From Anolis carolinensis (taxonomy: Eukaryota), in the NCBI RefSeq assembly GCF_035594765.1, contig NC_085846.1:13503190-13567189 (forward strand): a DNA stretch of 64,000 nucleotides. Reading direction: 5' to 3'. Of this stretch, positions 56,491 through 64,000 are shown in pieces (positions within the stretch are counted from its first letter, which is position 1; each line of letters starts with the position of its first letter). The position numbers and the translations under genes were made by a program. The notes below the pieces were generated by a model. The model saw only the letters and a program-made list of their open reading frames with translations. It did not search any database and was not told where the DNA came from.

Positions 56491-57056
56491 ATGTTGCTTG
56501 GAATCACAGGTTATTTCCTTCTGAGGGAGGATATTTACATGAGTGGGATAGAGAAGGAAGAGCTTCCTTTGCTGTAGATTAAGCGGCTGAGAGGGAAAAG
56601 GAAGGGGCCTGAGGCTGTTAGGAATGATGGGAGTCGAAGTCCAAAGCACCCGGAGGGCCCAAATTGGCCCAGGCCTGATCTAGATCGAGGGAAGCCATAG
56701 TCCCACTATATTCTGATATGATAGTACTGCTTTGATTGTGTGGCCCTGCATTTGGCTGCTTGGTCTTTGGAGTCTCTTCCAACTGATTCTAAAGAAGGAA
56801 GGTCTGCTTTCTGAGGTAATCTTTTGCACAGTCAGGTGGTTTTTCTCCTCTGGGATGAGGCACTCATCGAGGCACTTTGAATGCTTAATTTTTCAAAGCT
56901 ACAAGCCACCCATACTAATTAATAAAAACAGCAGCAATAATACTTTATTTATATTCCGCCCTTCAGGACTCAGAGCGGATTACAGCATATAAACAGACAC
57001 AGGCAAGCTTTAAAAGCCTTGTTATGATGAAATACAATGAGACACAAACATAACAT

Positions 57057-57320
57057 AGGTTAAAAGGTAAAGGTTTTCCCAGACTCTGAGGGGTGGTGCT
57101 CATCTGCATTTCTAAGTCGAAGTGCCGGCGTTGTCCGTAGACACCTCCAAGGTCATGTGGCCAGCATGACTGCACAGAGCGCCATTACCTTCCTGCCGGA
57201 GGGGTACCCTGTTGATCTACTCACATTTGCATGCTTTTGAACTGCTAGGTTGGCAGAAGCTGGGGCTAACAGCAGGAGCTCACCCCACTCCCCTTTGGGT
57301 CAGCAGCTCAGCGGTTTAAC
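57057..57320 (-). mobile_element. Sauria-type SINE
   Basis: Reverse-complement homology with an AGGTAAAGG tail. Confidence 0.8.
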
Positions 57321-58241
57321 AAATACAAGACAAAAATCACACTAAGCATAATGTCGAGAAATAAGATATAAATAAATATTAAGCATTTAAAATTGATTAC
57401 AATTAATGTGGAGACTAATCAATTAAATAGTATATTTTGCTAAGCTCAATCATCAGTGATAAACATGAGCCATTGAGAAAATTAAGAGAAGACCCCAAAA
57501 AATAAAAATAAATAAAATCTCAAAACAAAAACAAAAGTCTCCACTAAAGTCCAGGAGGATCAGTGTAGAACGTTGAGCGTTGGCAGAGAAGTCAGTGGCA
57601 CCAAGCCCAGTTTCAGTACTACGTTGATTATCAAAGGGGGGCTGGTTGGTAAAATTCCCCAGTACTATTGTCCTAAAAGGTATTAGTGACCATGATATGA
57701 ATGAAGGAAGCTTTATTTATGTCCCGCCCCATATCCCAAAGGGACTCGTATAAGCTTACAAGACAACAGTATAAATGATAATAAAACACTTAACAAAGTT
57801 AAATCACCAGAAATAAAATGTGATATTTTAGGAAGCTGTTGACAATTCCATTGATAGCTAAATGTGCAATAGCAAATATAGCAGGTCCTTCCTGCACTTA
57901 CTACAATACATTTAACAGTTTGTTGTTTTAAAGACAACTATCATACAAGTTTAAAAACAAAATAAAATGAATGGGACTAAAAAAGATGTGTAGGGTGCGT
58001 ATCCTATAATATGGAGAAAACAACAGATATAAATAAAAGACAGAATCCAGGCCTTTTAGGGAAAGACTTCCACAGTCAAGATGCCACAGCTAAGAAGGCC
58101 CTGTGTCAAATTATTTTGAGGAGGGGGGCATGCACAAGGACTGTGATATCTATTGGAATATGTCCAGGCTAATATGGCCACTTGGTCTTTCAAGTACTTA
58201 CTTATATCTTCCATATATCTTTGTTTTGCTTTTAGGTGTTC

Positions 58242-58441
58242 ATGGCAACTCATCAGCAATTAAGGCGGACTACCGTCCACCGGGTCTCTGCGAATGCACC
58301 ACATAGAGTACGGGTTTGTGTGCGATTGCGCCCGGCTGTGGGAACTGGAGAGGGTCAAGATGCCCCATGTGTTCGTGGTGTGGACTCCCATTCCTTGGAG
58401 ATACTTAACTGGAGAAATGAAATGAAGACGATGAAATACCA
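58242..58441 (+). CDS. KIF22: KIF22 first coding exon
   Basis: Acceptor at 58235, ATG at 58242, donor CA|GTGAG. Confidence 0.88.
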
Positions 58442-61400
58442 GTGAGTTGGACAGAGATTTCTTGATCTGAGTCCGTTGTGTTTTGGTGGACGTGGGGGAA
58501 CTCACTTTGGATTGATGCAGGTTCCACAACATTGGCATTGCCAAGATATTGGCAAAGTGGTCTTACCTTCTCCCTGTAGTATTCTTCTTATGAAACAAGC
58601 TCACCAGCCAGCAGAGTCTTGTAGCAAAAGTGTTTATTCAAACACTAGGAAGGCTACTGAGGCTTTGGGTGCACAAAACTATATATCCTAACCATCAGTA
58701 GTTAAATACATTACAGCTGTAACAACCAGAGAGTGTAGTTTAAAGGCACAGTATACCACACACCCTGCTCTCATTCCCAATAACTCCAATGAATGAAACC
58801 TTACCTTAGGCACTCTACAGCTCACTATCATTTCCATCTTTCTTTGCTTGCACAAGAAGATGAGGTATGTGATGCCTAGCAAGTCTTGCAAATGCTTGCA
58901 AGACTTCCCAGCTATCACATCACAAATATTTGCAAGACTTTCCAGCCACTGGCTGAGAAAAAAGTGGCTGTAGTGCCTGATAGCATCGTAATGGCTTTTC
59001 TAGAGATCAGGTGAAAGCTACAAAGCTAGGCAACCCATTGCTCTGGAGCAGGGGTTCTCAAACATTTAGGCAGAGCACTACATTTCACCTCATAGGTACA
59101 TACTGTATTTGATAAATAAAAGACAATATTGATGAAACATGGTAGTTTGACAATTTAAGCATGCAAAACATTAAGTTTGATAATTCAATATTTTAATTTT
59201 CTCCACGAATTTCACATTACAGACAGAACTACATGCACAGTCTAGCCTCTGTGTCTGTCTGGCAGTGAGGCATATTGTCTGTATGCATTGTGTATCCTTC
59301 CAACATTTTCATTTCTGACTGGCTGACTGTAGAGTCTATAATTTGTGATTCACATGGAAAGTGCTTAAAGTACTTTTCTCGATATTTTTCTACATGCTGC
59401 TCATTGTTGAAATAAATAACTATATTGATATTTCCCTCACACCATTTATTTCTAAGTAATAATAATATTTTTAAGAAATCCTTATCTTTTCATAGGGCAG
59501 TTTGAGAAACTGCTCCAAAGCAGTGGTTCCCAACCTTGTATCCTCCAATTGTTTTGGACTTCAAGTCCTAGAAATCCCAGCCAGCTTACCAAACTGTTAG
59601 GAATTATGGGAGCTGAAGTTCAAAACACCTTGAGGACAAAAGGTTGGGATCAACTGCTCTAAAGATTAGGGTTGTGGAAGGAGACCCCCAAGACCTCAAT
59701 GTACTATCTAAAGCCCCTTGATTTCCATGTGAGATTTTGGGGGTTTGTTTTGTTTTTGTTTGTTTGTTTGTTTTTCTAGCAGGTTTCCCCCTGTGGCTCA
59801 AAATTACTGCAAAACATAGTGTGGTTTCCTCCATAATCTCTCAAAAACACTGAATATTGGCTGAAAATAAGTCAGACATGAAACAGCAAGTGATGTTGTT
59901 TACAATTGTGTCAGTTGTAGTGGATCATCCCTGAAGGGAGTAAGGAAGGACAAACATTCCTCTCCTTTGCAGTTTCCTGTTATTACTGTACCAATCCACT
60001 CAGTTGCCTTTGTCAGCTGGAGTTAGCTAGAGTTGCAGTCCAAAACATCTGGAGATCTCCCTACTATTTGTTTTGCCCTGCCTTAAGGAATCGATAATCA
60101 CACCATGTTCTCCTGGCGATAATCCTCTGACTCTATTTTCAAAGCCACTGGTCAACCCAAATCGTACTTTTCTCTCCCCAATAGGTTTGATGCTTTTTAT
60201 GGAGAATCAGCCACTCAACATGACATCTATATGGGGTCAGTTCAACCTATCTTGAGCCATTTACTGGAGGGGCAAAATGCCAGCGTTCTGGCTTATGGCC
60301 CCACTGGAGCAGGTGAATATGAAATATTATAGAGATAAAACCAGCCCAAATGGGTTGGGGCTGGGGCTTGAAGTTGTCTATGGGAAAGTTTTAAAAAAAA
60401 AATGTTTTTCTTCTTTCTCCTCTTACTGGGTAGGCAAGACACATACTATGTTAGGAAATCCACACCAACCAGGAATGATACCGCGAGCTCTTCGCGATGT
60501 CTTGAAGATGACAAGAGATGCCTCAGTGGATGGGAGGAAATACTCAGTTTCTATGTCATATCTTGAAATATACCAGGAGAAAGTAAGTGATGACTGACAA
60601 ATTGCATTGAAAGGAGAAATTGAACTTTAAATTCACTGGTGGTTAGGAATGTGAAATCTCTAAGGGAGAAGGTGGTTTAGAACATGGCTGCATTTGAAAT
60701 TAGTAGAAGAGACAGATATGTTGGAATGAGTACTATCTAGCAGGTTATAGTAATGGATACTAGTTATGGTTTTGTACTTGTGTTTAAGATTGGTGGATTT
60801 TAGCCCTGGGAAAAATGATAAATTAACAGGGCTACCAGCTGTTTAAGGAGATAAGTGATTTAGTTGCTGTTCAAGGTTGGCAATGCTGCCTCTTCTCTTT
60901 GGTTGCAAACACTTGCAAGTTGCTAACTTCATCTGGATTCATTCCCTACTACAGTGACAATGAAGATAGGTGAAGTATAGAGTGTGGGGAGGAGCAGAAC
61001 AACTGTATAGAGGGAGACTAAAAAGGAGAGAGCAGGACAAGATTATGGAGGGACAAAACAGGTAGATTGGAAAGAAAGGGTGAGGCGGAAATTAGAGAAA
61101 CTTCTTGGAACAATTGAGAAGGGCAGCTAGAGAAAAGCATGGACAACTGTAACCCTCTATGCCAAGCCAATATATTACTGTGACTACCCTGAATAGTTCA
61201 TCCAAATAGGTAGTGTTTTCTTTGACTGCAGGTGTGGAAGTCAAAATCACTTTGGTGCAATAGCTAGTGGCCAGCTGCGACATGAGGAGTTATGATGATA
61301 ATAGTTGTCAGCTGTCAACTTGTTAGCTTTTGGAGCTCTTTTTGGCCTACAATATCTTCAGTCTTAGCCAATATAGACTGAGGTGAATAGCAGTTCAAAA

Positions 61401-63586
61401 TATATATGGGCGGGTTGATTTGGTAATTAAGGAGGACAGCCTAAGTAGGAGGAGACAGAATTAACTAACAGAAAGGAGCAGACCCCCAGTGGCTAAATGC
61501 TGCTATCTTGAGGGAAGGCAAGAAAGTAATTTTGAATTCATTTTGGGACATACTGCATGAAAAAAACAAAAAGAGCTTGAAAAAGGATCTGTAGGTCTAT
61601 GCATGGATAGTATGCCTTTCCATACTGCCTTTGAGAAAGGCCTTTGCTGGCAGGCACTAGGTTTTGTCAGAGAGGAAATGGATATCCATTATACAGGTTA
61701 AAGAAAGCCAGTTATAATCTTTGTGTATTGCTGAGCAGCAAGAAGATACAAAAACTGAAGCTTTCAGATATCATGTAAGTCAATGAAGATTTGTAATCCC
61801 ACAGGTTTTGGATCTCCTTCAGCCATCCCTTCAAGACTTGCCAATCCGGGAGGACCGCAACCACCACATCCTGGTGCCAGGCCTGACTCAGCGAGAGATC
61901 ACCAGTTTTGCTGACTTTGAGAGCCACTTTTTGCCTGCCAGCTGCAATCGGACAGTGGCATCCACACAACTGAATGAACGCTCCAGTCGGAGTCATGCTG
62001 TGTTGCTGGTGTGGGTGAGCAGAACAGAAGGCTGGCCGCCATCTGCACGCCGGGCTGCCAAACTTTGCCTTATTGACCTAGCTGGCTCAGAGGACAACCG
62101 TCGGACTGGTAACAAAGGCCTGCGTCTGAAGGAGAGTGGTGCCATCAACACCTCACTTTTTGTCCTCAGCAAGGTGGTTGATGCCCTCAACCAGGGCCTA
62201 CCTCGAATACCCTACAGAGACAGCAAACTTACCCGTCTTCTCCAGGTAGTTGGGAGATTATTTGGCTTCTCCATAGGGTTATGGGTTTGGGGATAACTGG
62301 GGTTAAAGGATGTTTTCTTCCCCCTGAGTATCTTTCATCTTCCATCCAGGATTCTCTAGGTGGTAGCGCTCACAGCGTGATCATTGCAAACATTGCACCC
62401 GAGAAGAAGTATTATTTTGACACACTGACAAGCCTCAATTTTGCTGCCAAATCCAAGCAGGTCATGAACAAACCTTTCACACAAGAAACACTGCCTGAGA
62501 TTGGTAAGGGAAATGCTGGACTGGAGTTTGCTTGCACTGATGCAATTTGTGAATTTGTATGAAACCTGGATATGACAAGTTGTGGAAAACAAGGGGTAGG
62601 GAGGAAAGGATACTTTGGCCCCCCAGGAAAGGAGGTAGATTAAAAAATACACCTGAACATCTTTTGATCTGCCTATTTCCCATGGACTAATATATACTCT
62701 GTCATCTGCAGCTTTCAAAGGGTGAATGTTTTTAAGGAGTAGTTATAAATCTCATTCTGGGAGAAGGGCTGGATATAAATTCAATATATAAAATTATGTC
62801 ATCTCTTATCCCCACTATATATAAAATTACCTTTATTGAATATATCAACTTGAAATGACCTTGATGTGAAGTGGCATTGTGATTTTTTATCGCCCATACT
62901 TTCATGGTGCAAATTCTTTCCTTGGTTGGTTTACAAAATTATTCAAACAGTTTAATAAAATCACAGTTTAACAATATCAAAACACTACAAGCCACTGGAA
63001 CAGTCAGTGTTGGAAGGCTGGGAAAGGGAAGCCAAACTGGAGAAGGTCTTATGTCAAGGCAGAAACTAGGTTGATGTGGCCACCATGAGTAGTTTATTCA
63101 AGTAACAGATATGGTGATTTTAGATCTCATCTGTGTATTAAGGAAGTTGAAATGTGTCTAATAAATTGAAATGTTCTCTATCTCAGAAGCTTCCAAGAGA
63201 CCTTATGAAGGTAGCAGCAATGCTGGTCCTGAGGCAAAGAGACTTCGCATAGAGGAGGAACAACCAAAAGTGGTTGTGGAGAAGCCACTCAGGTGAAGCT
63301 TTTAAGGAGTTTACTGATTTTGATGTAAGGTCTGGCAGGGTTAAAAACAGCAAGTCTACTTTTTAGCTTTGGAACCTGGCAATATGCTCTGCTTTCTCTT
63401 CTCACTAGTTCTGTGCTGCCTCTAAAGGACCTGGACCCATCTGTGGTTGAACGGCTGCTACGAATAGAGGCATTGGAAAAAGAGACCACTGGAGCTGGAA
63501 GTCGTGGGGCGCTCCTCGTCAACACACCGCGCAAGGAGCGCATTGCTATTTTGAAACAGTTGGATGAGACTATGCGTGAGCTGAAG
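58242..63586 (+). CDS. KIF22: Kinesin-like protein KIF22 (Kid, kinesin-10), 5' partial; continues beyond the window
   Basis: Kinesin motor motifs [11 protein letters not shown]-loop [41 protein letters not shown] and [17 protein letters not shown]; stalk DPSVVERLL and TPRKER. Confidence 0.96.
59049..59656. mobile_element. Two tandem hAT elements sharing a target site (59049-59512 and 59521-59656)
   Basis: CTCTGGAG[1]CTCCAAAG[2]CTCTAAAG. Confidence 0.7.
60185..60312 (+). CDS. KIF22: KIF22 exon
   Basis: FDAFYGE...[14 protein letters not shown]. Confidence 0.95.
60434..60582 (+). CDS. KIF22: KIF22 exon
   Basis: GKTHTMLG...GMIPRAL...[10 protein letters not shown]. Confidence 0.95.
61805..62245 (+). 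CDS. KIF22: KIF22 exon (441 nt; switch I and switch II)
   Basis: VLDLL...SSRSHAVLL...DLAGSED...KLTRLLQ. Confidence 0.93.
62350..62503 (+). CDS. KIF22: KIF22 exon
   Basis: [18 protein letters not shown]...[15 protein letters not shown]. Confidence 0.95.
63187..63292 (+). CDS. KIF22: KIF22 exon (basic, NLS-like)
   Basis: EASKRPYE...[10 protein letters not shown]; NAGNAG acceptor CAGAAG; phase 1-2 fits its neighbours. Confidence 0.8.
63409..63586 (+). CDS. KIF22: KIF22 exon (stalk; Cdk1-type TP site)
   Basis: [13 protein letters not shown]...[17 protein letters not shown]. Confidence 0.88.
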
Positions 63587-64000
63587 GTGACAGGCTTTGT
63601 GCTCCCATTTTCTTCTTTCTGCAGAAGTTAATAACTTCTGGTCTTCTAGATGGTTTTGGGTGACAGTTCCTATTCTTACCTAGCACAGAGGATGGCAGAA
63701 CATGATGGAAATCGCTTGTAGTCTCACATCTGAAAGCCAGTGGCCTAGTTCTTCATTAGTGGAGCCCAGGTCATTTTATCATTTCTAATTAAACAGCTTG
63801 CAAAATTTCCAAAGCTAATTGTTTTTGCCTGTCCCTTAACCTGTGAAATGGAATAATAAACAGCTATGATTTTAGCAAAGGGCGCTACTTCCCTTGTCAA
63901 CATGAATATGCTATAATGGAGCCAGGTATTGTGCAGATTCGGGTAGGAAGCCAGTGTTTGATTTCTGTGTTGTTTTCTTAAATTTTCAAGTTGCAACAAT

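Overview
This is eukaryotic squamate DNA. The Sauria-type SINEs, CR1 LINEs, Penelope-like elements and hAT/Tc1 MITEs point to an Anolis lizard. The window holds four spliced genes whose human orthologues lie in 16p11.2. (1) SEZ6L2, complete, minus strand, 18 coding exons, 36840->5083, 956 aa by my exon sum. (2) ASPHD1, plus strand, 3 coding exons, 46135-49341, 326 aa. (3) PAGR1, minus strand, 3 coding exons, 53566->52137, 222 aa. (4) The 5' part of KIF22, plus strand, from 58242, running off the window. PAGR1 and KIF22 share a CpG-rich bidirectional promoter with NRF1, CCAAT, E2F and CHR motifs. Introns and intergenic DNA are dense with nested transposons. I cannot demonstrate a wholly new biological system. 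The best leads are: about 10 Penelope-borne minimal hammerhead ribozyme motifs, including a tandem pair whose defects could complement in a dimer; a repeated triple RFX X-box module between SEZ6L2 and ASPHD1; a copy of a SEZ6L2 splice acceptor captured inside a Penelope insertion; an apparent precise intron loss in KIF22; a probable pseudo-enzyme active site plus an in-frame uORF in ASPHD1; and a full bipartite CTCF site. Exon boundaries were read by hand from GT-AG sites and reading phase. Repeat boundaries are approximate. All comparisons to human come from memory, not from a database search.
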